DNA of 64,000 nucleotides, taken from IMG/VR virus record IMGVR_UViG_3300014204_000123, positions 32,001-96,000 of that record; one strand, given 5' to 3'. The notes under the pieces are model-generated. The model made no database searches, was not told the origin of the DNA, and worked only from the letters and a program-made list of their open reading frames with translations. The stretch comes from a virus. Taxonomy: Duplodnaviria > Caudoviricetes. This document shows, piece by piece, positions 26,555-36,054 of this stretch (within the stretch, counting starts at the first letter, position 1; the number at the start of each line of letters is the position of its first letter). The position numbers were made by a program, and so were the translations under genes.

Positions 26555-27622
26555 ATGATCTTAAAGTATGGCGATCGTGGTAATGAAGTAGTGACGTTGC
26601 AGCGGGCCTTGAAGTCTGAGGGGTTGTACGGTGGGTTGCTGAATGGGATGTTCGATGCGGCGACAGAGTCGGCGGTGGTCACTCTGGAACGGAATCTGGA
26701 GTTGCCTATCGATGGAATTGCGGACGAGGGTGTGTTCAATGCCCTTAAGCTGCTCGATCGAGATCGGCCGATAACGCTGCTAGTGGAACGTCCCTTGTCC
26801 TACATGGCCAAGGCCACGATCCTTGCGGCCGTGTCTGTGTTCGAGGGCAGCTACTGTTCGATCAATGCGGACGGTGAGTTCGAGGGGAAGTTCGACCGGC
26901 CTAATAGGTCCCCTTCTGGGGATGCCATTCCTGCGTTCCAGCGCAAGGCAGTTGCGGAGTCCAATGGGTTGGAGTTCCTTCCTCACCCGTGCTCCAAATA
27001 CGGGGATGATCCAGCTCACATTGGGTTGTCTTTTGGGTTCATTCAGTTCACTCAGGATGGCGGGTCGCTGGGGCTGCTCCTTTCAGAAATGAGAGAGAGT
27101 TATCCGGTCCTGTTCGATCGTGTGTTCGGGCCGTCGTCGTCGGAGCTTTTGGAGGTTACCAATGCGAAGGGAGCCAAGGTTCTGGTAGACGATCCAGAGT
27201 CTCCCACTGGCAAGTCTCGTCGGTCTCCGAGAGTACAGCCGGTAGGCGGGACTGATATTTGGACAGGGCAGTGGTTGGATAGGTTCACTTGGGCAGGCCA
27301 AGACAGTCGGTTCCAGAACGTCCAGGCGTCTGCTGCAATTCGGATGTACTTTGATCCGATGCTGCGGAAGGTGGCGAAGGACATAGGCGTTCGCAGTGAG
27401 AAGGGCCTTGCGATTCTCTTGGATAGGTGCATTCAGCTCGGGGTCACGGGGTGCTGGAATCTCGTGAAGCCTCTTTTGGTTGACGGCAGCAACCTCCCGT
27501 GCGGTGAGCGTGAGTTTTTCGACCGGCTTTACGCTAAGGTCAAGGGAAAGCCCTGGTCGCACCGGACGAGGAAGCTGATGGACAGCAACAGAATCTCTTG
27601 GTATAATCTATACACGTTTTAG
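26555..27622 (+). CDS. peptidoglycan-binding-domain plus lysozyme-like protein (endolysin candidate)
   Basis: LKYGDRGNEVVTLQRAL...DGIA; FEG...GLSFGFIQFTQ..GSLG. Confidence 0.75.
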   Translation: MILKYGDRGNEVVTLQRALKSEGLYGGLLNGMFDAATESAVVTLERNLELPIDGIADEGVFNALKLLDRDRPITLLVERPLSYMAKATILAAVSVFEGSYCSINADGEFEGKFDRPNRSPSGDAIPAFQRKAVAESNGLEFLPHPCSKYGDDPAHIGLSFGFIQFTQDGGSLGLLLSEMRESYPVLFDRVFGPSSSELLEVTNAKGAKVLVDDPESPTGKSRRSPRVQPVGGTDIWTGQWLDRFTWAGQDSRFQNVQASAAIRMYFDPMLRKVAKDIGVRSEKGLAILLDRCIQLGVTGCWNLVKPLLVDGSNLPCGEREFFDRLYAKVKGKPWSHRTRKLMDSNRISWYNLYTF

Positions 27623-27631
27623 GGGGAACTC

Positions 27632-28756
27632 ATGATATTCAGCGCAGATAGAGACAAGTTTATTCGGATGGTCCAGAAGTCGGCTGGCATCGTTGATAAG
27701 AAGACTTCCGTTACTGTTTTGTCTCAGGTGAAGCTTGAAGCTGACGGCGACAAGGTCAAGATGACGTGCACCGATTATGATGTCGTCCTGATTGATAGGT
27801 GCGATGCTCGGGTTGTGCGTCCGGGTCGAGTAGTTCTCCCCGGCAAGAACCTTCTTGATGTTTTGAAGGCCCTATCGGGCAAGGAATTCACTGCTGAGTT
27901 GACTCAGGGGACTTTGTGCCTGAGCGCTCCGGGCCGGTCTTACAAGTTGTCCTGCATGGAGTCCGATGACTACCCCAACATCGAGAAGCCCTCGTCGGTA
28001 CCTTCCGTCAAGGTTCCGATAGATGTTATGCTGGAGGTGTTCGACAAGACAGCGTTCTGCATGGCCAACACGCCAGAACGGCTCAATTTGAACGGGGTCC
28101 ATTTGGTGATGAAGCCCTGTGACGATGGAATCGAGTTGGTATGCCAAAGCACTGACGGCCATAGGTTGTCGTCTTACCGGGTTACGGTCCCTGGATCGAT
28201 GGACAAGCCTCTTTGGGATGAGGGGGTTATCGTGCACCGCAAGGGGGTCCTGGAGGCCAAAAAGATATTGGCTTCCTGCGAAGGTGACGTAGAGATCGGG
28301 GCCGTGTGCTACGGCGAGATCGTGTTCAAGGCCGGAAGCTCTGAGTTGTACGTGAGGCTCATTGCCGAGCAGTACCCTGACACGTCTACCTTGGTTCATG
28401 ACAACAAAGAGTTTGAGATTACGGTCGGCACCAAGGCTCTTAGCGAGGCATTGAAGGCTGTTTGCATAATGTCCGACCCTGCGTTGTTAACTATAACGCT
28501 TGAAGTTTCGGGCGATCAATTGGCCATTTCCGCCTCGGATTCCCGTAGAGGGAGCGGCCGGGCAGAAGTCCCTGTATCGTTTACTGGCACCCCGTTCGCT
28601 GTGGGCCTAAACCATAGGTACTTCTCCGACGCCTTGGACGTTACCAATTCTGAGAAGGTTGTTATGAAGTTCTCTGGAGCTGCGGACCCGATTCTGTACT
28701 CTCCGGTGTCCGACACAGAGAAGTTTTCCTACATCCTCATGCCCGTAGACGACTGA
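27632..28756 (+). CDS. dnaN: DNA polymerase III beta sliding clamp
   Basis: 374 aa; TD, LNGV, STDGHRL, RLI..YPD, C-terminal YILMPV. Confidence 0.92.
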   Translation: MIFSADRDKFIRMVQKSAGIVDKKTSVTVLSQVKLEADGDKVKMTCTDYDVVLIDRCDARVVRPGRVVLPGKNLLDVLKALSGKEFTAELTQGTLCLSAPGRSYKLSCMESDDYPNIEKPSSVPSVKVPIDVMLEVFDKTAFCMANTPERLNLNGVHLVMKPCDDGIELVCQSTDGHRLSSYRVTVPGSMDKPLWDEGVIVHRKGVLEAKKILASCEGDVEIGAVCYGEIVFKAGSSELYVRLIAEQYPDTSTLVHDNKEFEITVGTKALSEALKAVCIMSDPALLTITLEVSGDQLAISASDSRRGSGRAEVPVSFTGTPFAVGLNHRYFSDALDVTNSEKVVMKFSGAADPILYSPVSDTEKFSYILMPVDD

Positions 28757-28764
28757 GGTGGAAC

Positions 28765-29815
28765 ATGGCGACTGCTGAAGCTGTTTACCTTGCGCTGTAT
28801 AGGTCGGTCATGGACCATAGCGTTCCCGTGGACGTTGGTTCTATTGCTCATGCGGTTAATACGTTGAGCCACAAGACGCCGTGCCCAAAGGTAGTAGAGG
28901 AGGTTTTCCCGCCTATCCCTACCAATGTGCGAGACCTACCGTTTGCGGACCGTAGGGCTATGTTGCATGTGCCATCTATCTCTAGCCGCAAGCTTCTTGG
29001 CAAGAAAGCGCTGACGAGCGACGATGCTATTGTTTTGGCCGATAACGCTGCGAAACGAGCCCTGGCGTATGCCTTCACTGCCTATCCCGTTCGGCGCAAG
29101 GTTTGCGATGATTTCCACGCTGCGCTGCTTAGCCGGGCGTTGAATTGGCTTGACGAAGTTGAGGGTCTTGCCCCTGACCGACGCTTTATTTTGTTGATGT
29201 CGGAATGGGTTTCCATCATGGCTTCTTTGAGGAATTTTAGTTTTCTCGATCTAAAGCATTTCAGTAGGGCGTTTATTGAATAGCTCTACCAATTCTCTAA
29301 CGATGAGGTGTTTGTGATGGATGACGTTTTGAAGGTTGGCTTTAACCGGGTTAAGAAGAATGGCGTGCTTACGCTAACGATGGACGATATCCCCCCTGGG
29401 GTGGCCCCTCCCAAATCGGTGGTGTTGCTTACGAATTCGTCGGACCATGGTTCCGGGCATTGCCTTGACATGAAGCTTTATGTTGGCATTCATTCCTTGC
29501 CCAAAGAGGTCGTGGATTCTATGAACAAATTTATGTCCGAGTCTAGGCAGTCCGAGTCGCAATAACCCTATAGGGAGGGCGTATATGCCACGCTACTTGA
29601 GGCATATTTTTGTGCTATACTACTGGTTCCTTTCGTCGCTTATGCTGTTTACGTTTTGGAACTCATATGTGGTTAGGGCATGGCAGGTCCCTGACTTATC
29701 ACTTTCCGAAGCTTGCAGTTTTGCTCTTGTCGTTTTGTTCTTAGTATGGTCGTGTTCGTTTGTTGTTTATAGAGGCCCAAGGAGCAAGTCGGATGACGGA
29801 ACAACTGAACGATGA
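28765..29815 (+). other. three hypothetical ORFs (28765, 29308, 29585 with TM helices)
   Basis: RBS-like sequences; hydrophobic third ORF. Confidence 0.5.
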
Positions 29816-30362
29816 CCTATGGGAGACTCCTCCTGAGCTGTTCAGCGTGTTGGACTCCGAGTTCCATTTTACGCTGGATGTTTGCTGCATGGAGGAGACG
29901 GCCAAGTGCGCGAGGTATTTTACTCCAAGGGAGAACGGGCTTGCGCAGTGTTGGGATGGTGAAGTTGCGTTCATGAATCCACCGTACTCTCAGGTAGGGA
30001 TCTGGATTCGCAAGGCTTGGTGCGAGTCTCTGCTTGGGGCTACTGTGGTGGCGTTGATTCCGTCGAGGACGGACAATGAATACTGGCACACCTATATTTT
30101 GCCTGACTCCAGGGTTGGCATTTCTGACTCGCTACGCCGGGTCCACAATGCGTCCGAGATTAGGATGATCCGGGGCCGGGTCCCGTTTTTGCACTACGGC
30201 AAGCGCTATGGGTCTCCGAAGATGCCTTCTGTTTTGGTGGTCTTTGCTGGGAGATACGTTGGTGTGCCAACTGTTGTTTCCATGGGCCGGATTGAGTACG
30301 GAGGAGAACGGTGTTGCCTTCCAAAGCGGAAGGCGGCTATAGTTCCCAGGATATTGTTATGA
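29793..30362 (+). CDS. phage N6-adenine DNA methyltransferase (Dam-like)
   Basis: WETPPELF..LD.EF.FTLD, NPPYS, LIPSRTD..YWH. Confidence 0.9.
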   Translation: MTEQLNDDLWETPPELFSVLDSEFHFTLDVCCMEETAKCARYFTPRENGLAQCWDGEVAFMNPPYSQVGIWIRKAWCESLLGATVVALIPSRTDNEYWHTYILPDSRVGISDSLRRVHNASEIRMIRGRVPFLHYGKRYGSPKMPSVLVVFAGRYVGVPTVVSMGRIEYGGERCCLPKRKAAIVPRILL

Positions 30363-30991
30363 GGGGTCAGAGAATGAAGAAAGAAAATCCCGTGATAGAG
30401 ACGGCTGGGGCTGCATCGACAGATCCAGGGACGATCAAGATCGCCATAGACGGCAAAGTGGTTGTGGTGCTAGATGCTTCGGGTGGGGTGGAGTTCGGAG
30501 AAGGTATCGACTTGACATCGGCTGCGGCAGCGTTTTGGCTGGCTGTGGCGCAGAGCAATTCGTTCACGCCTGTACTGTCCAGTCTGGGGCGTAGGATCTT
30601 CGAGCTGAGCCAGGAGGTTGCCACCTATAAGAGGCTGGCCGCGAGGTACGAGAAAATCTTGGACGCTAAGAGTCCCGAAGCATAACGGTTGGTTAGGACG
30701 ATAGGAGATATTATGAGTCAATGTTACTTGATCCCTGATTTTAGCAAGCCCATAGTCTGTACGTCTGTGGTCCCTCGTCCGGTGTTCCTTGGGGTCGGGT
30801 TCATGATCCCTCGTGAGCGTCTGGTTCTGCTGAATGCTAGAGACGATGGCGACGAAACCGAGGTCGATATGGAGCTGTACGTGAAGATGGGGTCTCTTTC
30901 CCCGGAGTTGCGGGAGCAGATTCGCAGTCATTTGCGGGTCATCCACGGGGCGAAGCTTCCGGGTCAAGAATCCGACTATTCTGCCAAATAG
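30359..30991 (+). other. two hypothetical ORFs (~30374, ~30713)
   Basis: Packed ORFs. Confidence 0.45.
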
Positions 30992-30999
30992 GAGCGGTC

Positions 31000-31407
31000 A
31001 TGAGCGAGTGGGGACAGCGGAAGCGACTGCCTGGGGATAGGGATGCGATCATTCACGGATTCACCTTTGGGGACGGGACTTCGGGAACCTTGATCGTCGG
31101 GCTCTATGAGAACGGTACTCCTGGGGAGATTTTTCTTAGGGTGGATCGTGAGGGCTCTTCGGTCTCTGGGATGTGCAATGCTTTCGCCATAGCGTTTAGT
31201 AAGGCATTGCAGTACGGGGCGCCTTTGGAGTCATTGGTGAGTCGGCTAGAGCTAATGAAGTTCGAGCCTTGCGGGTGGTCTGGCGATGCGAAGATAGGGT
31301 TTGTGCACTCGATCGTTGACTACGTTATGCGTTGGATGAAAAACAGGTTTTTGGCTCAGTCTTCCGAGCCCTGCAATCAATTGCCGGAGGTTGCGAATGA
31401 GGTTTGA
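31000..31407 (+). CDS. stand-alone TSCPD-like domain (class II ribonucleotide reductase C-terminal part)
   Basis: RKRLP..R, VGLYENGTPGEIF, EGS.VSG, ALQYGAPLE, KFEP.G, SIVDY..RW. Confidence 0.82.
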   Translation: MSEWGQRKRLPGDRDAIIHGFTFGDGTSGTLIVGLYENGTPGEIFLRVDREGSSVSGMCNAFAIAFSKALQYGAPLESLVSRLELMKFEPCGWSGDAKIGFVHSIVDYVMRWMKNRFLAQSSEPCNQLPEVANEV

Positions 31408-32149
31408 GGTTTTCTTTGTGAAGCCGAGCGAGGTTTGGAAGATCGACATATTCCGGGTTGGGATGGACAACCAGGAGGTCGCCAAGGTTCGCCGGGACCA
31501 ATATGACAGCATGGGGCATGTGGAGTGCCCGGACGGGTCTATCCGGTCTTTGTGGCGTAGCCTGCATACTGTCCCTGGAGCCACGGAGAATGCTCTTGGT
31601 CCAGAGGCCAGGGAGGTCCAGATTGGCGATATCGTTGTTGACGTGTTGGGAAATATGTTTATGTTTATCATAGGTGATACCGAGTGGGTACGTGCCGAGT
31701 GGGAGTAGAGGAGTAGCGAATGAACAATCCAGTTTTGCTGTCTGTTTCTGAGATTTCGATAGTGTTGGAATGGTACCGACTTGCGTTGGAGACTGGGAAG
31801 CCCGTTCCTGGCCCGACGCTGGCGGCGCTGCTTGGGAAGCACGGAGATCTCGATGTCAAAAAGCCGTAAGCCTCTATCGAAGGTTGGGCTTTATATTCTG
31901 CTTCGGGACCTCGTCGCTCTTGGAGTACCTGTTGTCTGCATGACTCCCGATGTTATGTTCGGCAATGAGCTTTCTGCAATGGAGTCGTTCGTCTCGGTGT
32001 TCTCTCATTCGGAGCGGACCCAAGGCGAGGCGAAGTACAAGCCGTGTAGCGTGACCAAGAACATGGCCCGCATGATTTTGGATTGTGCGTATGGCGGGAA
32101 GGCTCTTCATCAAAAATACATGGATTTTGGGGCCATTCGGCTATCGTGA
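31397..32149 (+). other. small hypothetical ORFs (31397, 31719, 31853)
   Basis: Packed ORFs. Confidence 0.45.
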
Positions 32150-32219
32150 GTTGTTGATTCCCGCCCGAGATCTGATAGGATAGTGCTTGTTCTGGGTCCC
32201 TTTGTAAGTGAGGGTTAGA

Positions 32220-32486
32220 ATGAGCGAAGAGCGAGATCCTGTTGTGGCGTTGTTTGGTGCTGCTGTTAGGCTGCTGGTCGACAGTCCAGAAGACGTTACG
32301 GTGACGGTCCACCGCATTGCGACCCGGACCATCATCGAGATTGATTCGGCCCCCGAGGATACGGGGAAAATCATAGGTAAGATGGGGAAGACGGCGATGG
32401 CGTTGCGGCAGCTTTTGTCTGCGATGTCTGGCCGGTTCAACGTCAATTATCAGTTGGAAGTCAAGGAGCATGGGTCTAAATCCTGA
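32220..32486 (+). CDS. KH-domain RNA-binding protein (KhpA/UPF0109-like)
   Basis: LVDSPEDVTV...PEDTGKIIGKMGKTAMALRQLL. Confidence 0.88.
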   Translation: MSEERDPVVALFGAAVRLLVDSPEDVTVTVHRIATRTIIEIDSAPEDTGKIIGKMGKTAMALRQLLSAMSGRFNVNYQLEVKEHGSKS

Positions 32487-32504
32487 CGTTCGGCCGTTTT
32501 TCTC

Positions 32505-32538
32505 TTGACTCTCCCAACGGCCCGATTATGCTACAACC
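32505..32538 (+). promoter_or_regulatory. class B promoter
   Basis: TTGACT-16 bp-TATGCT within GATTATGCTACAACC. Confidence 0.8.
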
Positions 32539-32571
32539 GTTCCTGTTGGAGCTAATGAGTTGGAGGGGCGG

Positions 32572-33951
32572 ATGAGAACTGAGTTGTCGCTGAAACGAGA
32601 CTACTGCATTGAGTGGGGGATGTGGGAGGGCATTCGGGAGTTCATCCAGAATGCGATGGACGAGGAAGATTCCGGGTCCTCTGTCGGTTACGACTACAAT
32701 CCTGGCAAGTCTGAATTGGTGATTCGCAATACAGGGGACCCGCTTCCACTGGAGTCTCTGCTCATGGGCGAGTCCGTGAAGCGGTCTCCGCAAGCTCGCG
32801 GCAGATTTGGCGAGGGTTACAAGGTGGGGGCGTTAGCGTTGCTCCGCAACGGGTGCAAGGTCTCGTTCCTGACCGGGAAAGAGAAGTGGACGTTCGGGTT
32901 TGCTGCGTCAAAGCATTTCGGCGGGAAAGAGATTCTGGTTGTCGACATAGATGCAAAGAAGTCGGTTACTTCCGGTGTGGAAGTCAAGATCGAGGGAGTC
33001 TCGCAGGAGATTTGGGAGCTAGTACAGGACCGGATTATTCCGCTTTTGCGGCGACGGCTGGCCTTCAAAGGGGAGCCCCTGGAGATAATCGACACTCCAA
33101 GCGGGTCAATAATAAGTCACGCTTGCTGTGCTAGTAAGCTTTTTTGTAAGGGAATTTATATCCAGGATCTCAAAGAGGATTATAGGTTCGGCTATGACAT
33201 TCCGTCTATTCGCCTTGACCGTGATCGAGGTATTGCGGCCTCCTGGGATGTCAAATGGCAAACTCGGTCGATCCTTGATTTTGCTGCGGCCAAGAACGCC
33301 ATAGCTCCTCGTGACGTGTTTGATCTGGTAGTGAAGGGTTCGTCGGACCTGGACGTGGACAGTAATACGGCCAAAATTTATTGTAAGAGTTTGTGCTTGG
33401 CTACTAGCTCAGAGTTCAAGTCCAGATATGGCGACGATGCTGTTCCCGTGATCTCAGTGGAGGGGATTCGGGAGGTAGAGCGTTTTGGGAGCACGCCAGT
33501 TGTTGTGAGTCCTACTACGCTGTCGTTCTTGGATTATTCGGTGTCCAAACTGGAGGATCTGAGGGTCCGACGCCGGGCGGATTATGAGCAATTGGTACAG
33601 CCTTCTGAGTTGTCTCACGACGAGCGGGAAGCTCTTGACTTTGCTTGTGGCATGTTGGGGGTTGGGCTTCCTGGATCTGAGTCTCGTGTGGTGGTGGTTG
33701 TGTTCCGGGATGCCAATATGCTGGGGATGTTTCTTCCTGACTTCAGCATGGTATATATAGCCAAGAAGTGCCTAACAGACCGATGGTTGACGCTTAGAAC
33801 CTTGGTCCATGAGTTTGCTCATGCTGAGGGCGGGGACCTTGACCAGAAGCATGAGTCGGCCATGCACGATATTTGGTGCAAGATTGTGGTGGCGTTGTCT
33901 GGGCAGATCGATGCCCTAAAGGCCGGTGGGGTGACGGGTCATGGATGTTGA
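32572..33951 (+). CDS. GHKL (HATPase)-like N-terminal domain plus C-terminal HExxH metallopeptidase motif
   Basis: IREFIQNAMD, NTG, GESVK, GRFGEGYK; C-terminal LVHEFAH...H. Confidence 0.75.
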   Translation: MRTELSLKRDYCIEWGMWEGIREFIQNAMDEEDSGSSVGYDYNPGKSELVIRNTGDPLPLESLLMGESVKRSPQARGRFGEGYKVGALALLRNGCKVSFLTGKEKWTFGFAASKHFGGKEILVVDIDAKKSVTSGVEVKIEGVSQEIWELVQDRIIPLLRRRLAFKGEPLEIIDTPSGSIISHACCASKLFCKGIYIQDLKEDYRFGYDIPSIRLDRDRGIAASWDVKWQTRSILDFAAAKNAIAPRDVFDLVVKGSSDLDVDSNTAKIYCKSLCLATSSEFKSRYGDDAVPVISVEGIREVERFGSTPVVVSPTTLSFLDYSVSKLEDLRVRRRADYEQLVQPSELSHDEREALDFACGMLGVGLPGSESRVVVVVFRDANMLGMFLPDFSMVYIAKKCLTDRWLTLRTLVHEFAHAEGGDLDQKHESAMHDIWCKIVVALSGQIDALKAGGVTGHGC

Positions 33952-34568
33952 CCATTGCGTCCGTCTTAGGGTTATTGTCGCATCGTGCCCGTCGTGCAAG
34001 CAGGCACGGGTTGTGCCTTGCGAGAAGGGCTTTAAGGAGGGGCTGTGCTTGTGCGGTCAGAAGCTTCATTGTGAATTCCATTCGATAAGGGGGAAGTGGC
34101 CCTCTTTGAAAGCTGATTCGGCAAATGTCCCTAATGCCTTGGACTATTTTCATAGGTCATATGAAGAATGCTTTTGCGAGGATCTGCATTCTGCCGTTGG
34201 CAGGGAGCTTTCACCCGAAGAGCTGCTGATCGTTCGCAAGTCTCTTTTGGCTTGGGAAGAACCATGGCCGGAGTCAAAGAATGAGGAATAAGGGGATGCT
34301 GGGCATTGGTGCTATTGTTTCGGTTGGCAAGAAGCAGGGAGTTGTCTGCGGTCATCTCACTGCATCTGAGTACCTACGCCAGCTCCCCGATGAAAGGGTT
34401 TCGGACGAGGCTATGCGCATCGAGGCGGCGTATGGCGTAGAGTGGAAGCAGAAATTCGCAGTATACAACGTAGAGTTTGAGTCTGGGGACGTTATAAGTA
34501 TAGAGGCGCAAGCGTTGGAGGTTATTGATGCTGGATACAACGAGTATCCCAGTCAGCGTGCTCCGTGA
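33941..34568 (+). other. two hypothetical ORFs (33941 Cys-rich, 34281)
   Basis: Packed ORFs. Confidence 0.45.
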
Positions 34569-35406
34569 TGTATCGCTAAGCTCTGACTCTAAGATTGTGT
34601 TCTTTTCTGTCTTGCTCTTGGGCAAGTTCGCCACAGAGAACGGCGTCGGCCTTTTGCTTTCGTGGGATAAGGCCCGAGTTGGCCAGTGCTTAGCGGAGTT
34701 GGTGAGCCGTCGCATGGCTTCCGTATCTGGCGGGAACGTTGTACCTATTGGATTGAAGACCAAGCTAAAGCTAGCTCCGGTCTCTGACCTTAGCTCTGAG
34801 CCCGTAGACTCTCCAGTTATCGCTGAAAAATCCAGGTTCGAGACTGCTCTTGAACGTAGTAAGCAGGCGGAAGCAAAGAAGCGAAAGAAGCTGTCCGACA
34901 AAAGGTCGGGTCAGGGCTCATTGGGTCTGCAATCGATTGCCGCTTCCGATGGATTCGGTGAGCGCGAGATTGTGACGAGGCAACCTGGGTCGAAGAGTCT
35001 GGAATTGGAGCGTTTGCGAGCCAGAAAGAAGCTGCCAGCCTGTGCATTGGTGGAGGACTGGTTCCGGCGTGAGGTTGGTGCGGTGTATGGCCAAGACAAG
35101 ATGTCAATGTATCAGCGGTGGGGTGCCGGGGAGTTGAAGCGTGCCAGCGATTTGGTTTGCGAGAACGAACCGGATATAGTGGAGCGTATGGTTACCCATT
35201 TTGTGGCGAACCATGCCAAGTATGGATTTGATGGTTTTCCGACCATCTATGGGTTATGGTCGTGTAGAAATAGGGTTGCTGGGGAACTGTGCGGCATCTC
35301 CTCCAGCAAGTCTAAGGTTCCTATTGGTGCGAGCCCCAAGCGAAGGGGGCTAGAGGACGAGTTCGACGCCAAGGCTGCGGACAAGTCTCCAGAGATAGGT
35401 TGGTGA
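34525..35406 (+). CDS. putative replication initiator (wHTH-like N-terminus)
   Basis: Directly upstream of and coupled to the DnaC-like ATPase; IPVSVLRDVSLS..SKIV N-terminus; start uncertain. Confidence 0.5.
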   Translation: MMLDTTSIPVSVLRDVSLSSDSKIVFFSVLLLGKFATENGVGLLLSWDKARVGQCLAELVSRRMASVSGGNVVPIGLKTKLKLAPVSDLSSEPVDSPVIAEKSRFETALERSKQAEAKKRKKLSDKRSGQGSLGLQSIAASDGFGEREIVTRQPGSKSLELERLRARKKLPACALVEDWFRREVGAVYGQDKMSMYQRWGAGELKRASDLVCENEPDIVERMVTHFVANHAKYGFDGFPTIYGLWSCRNRVAGELCGISSSKSKVPIGASPKRRGLEDEFDAKAADKSPEIGW

Positions 35407-36053
35407 TGGAACGAGTAAAGCGAGAATTGAATGCCGAAGACATGGAGCGCATACAGCTTCCCGAGCTGTACTGGACTGCGTCCGTGGACAAGATCGGTCT
35501 AGCCGACCCAGGGAAGGAAGTGTTCCTGCGTTATCTGCGGCAGATCAACGACGTGGTTGGCAAGGGATATGGGCTCCTGCTTTGGGGCGATAACGGTGTT
35601 GGGAAGACGGGCTGTGCTGCGATCATAGCGAAGGAAGCGTGTCGTTACGGGTGGTCATCGATGTTCATTCGAGTAGCGGATCTCTTGGCCTGGGAAACCA
35701 GGAAGGCCATGTTCGATGAAGAGGCCAGAGTCACCATTTGGGAACGAGCCAGGGGGGTGGAGCTACTGGTCCTTGATGATCTTGGCAAGGAGGTCCATGA
35801 TGCAAACGGCCGGTCGATGAAGGAAATTGAGGAGTTTTTGCGGGACCGAATTTCCAGGAAAAAGAGCACGATTATCACAACCAACCTGTCGCCTAGAGGG
35901 CAGATGGAAGAGCTGTATAAGCCCAGCATGATGCACGTCATGAAGGAATCCATATATGCTATTAGGTGCACCGGCGTAGACCATAGAGAAGACAAGCAGG
36001 CGGAAGTTGCTGCGGCATTGAGCGAGGGCGTTGGTTCAGGGTGGGGGGAATAG
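35406..36053 (+). CDS. DnaC/IstB-like helicase loader ATPase
   Basis: LLLWGDNGVGKT, LLVLDDLGKE, TIITTNL. Confidence 0.9.
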   Translation: MERVKRELNAEDMERIQLPELYWTASVDKIGLADPGKEVFLRYLRQINDVVGKGYGLLLWGDNGVGKTGCAAIIAKEACRYGWSSMFIRVADLLAWETRKAMFDEEARVTIWERARGVELLVLDDLGKEVHDANGRSMKEIEEFLRDRISRKKSTIITTNLSPRGQMEELYKPSMMHVMKESIYAIRCTGVDHREDKQAEVAAALSEGVGSGWGE

Positions 36054-36054
36054 C

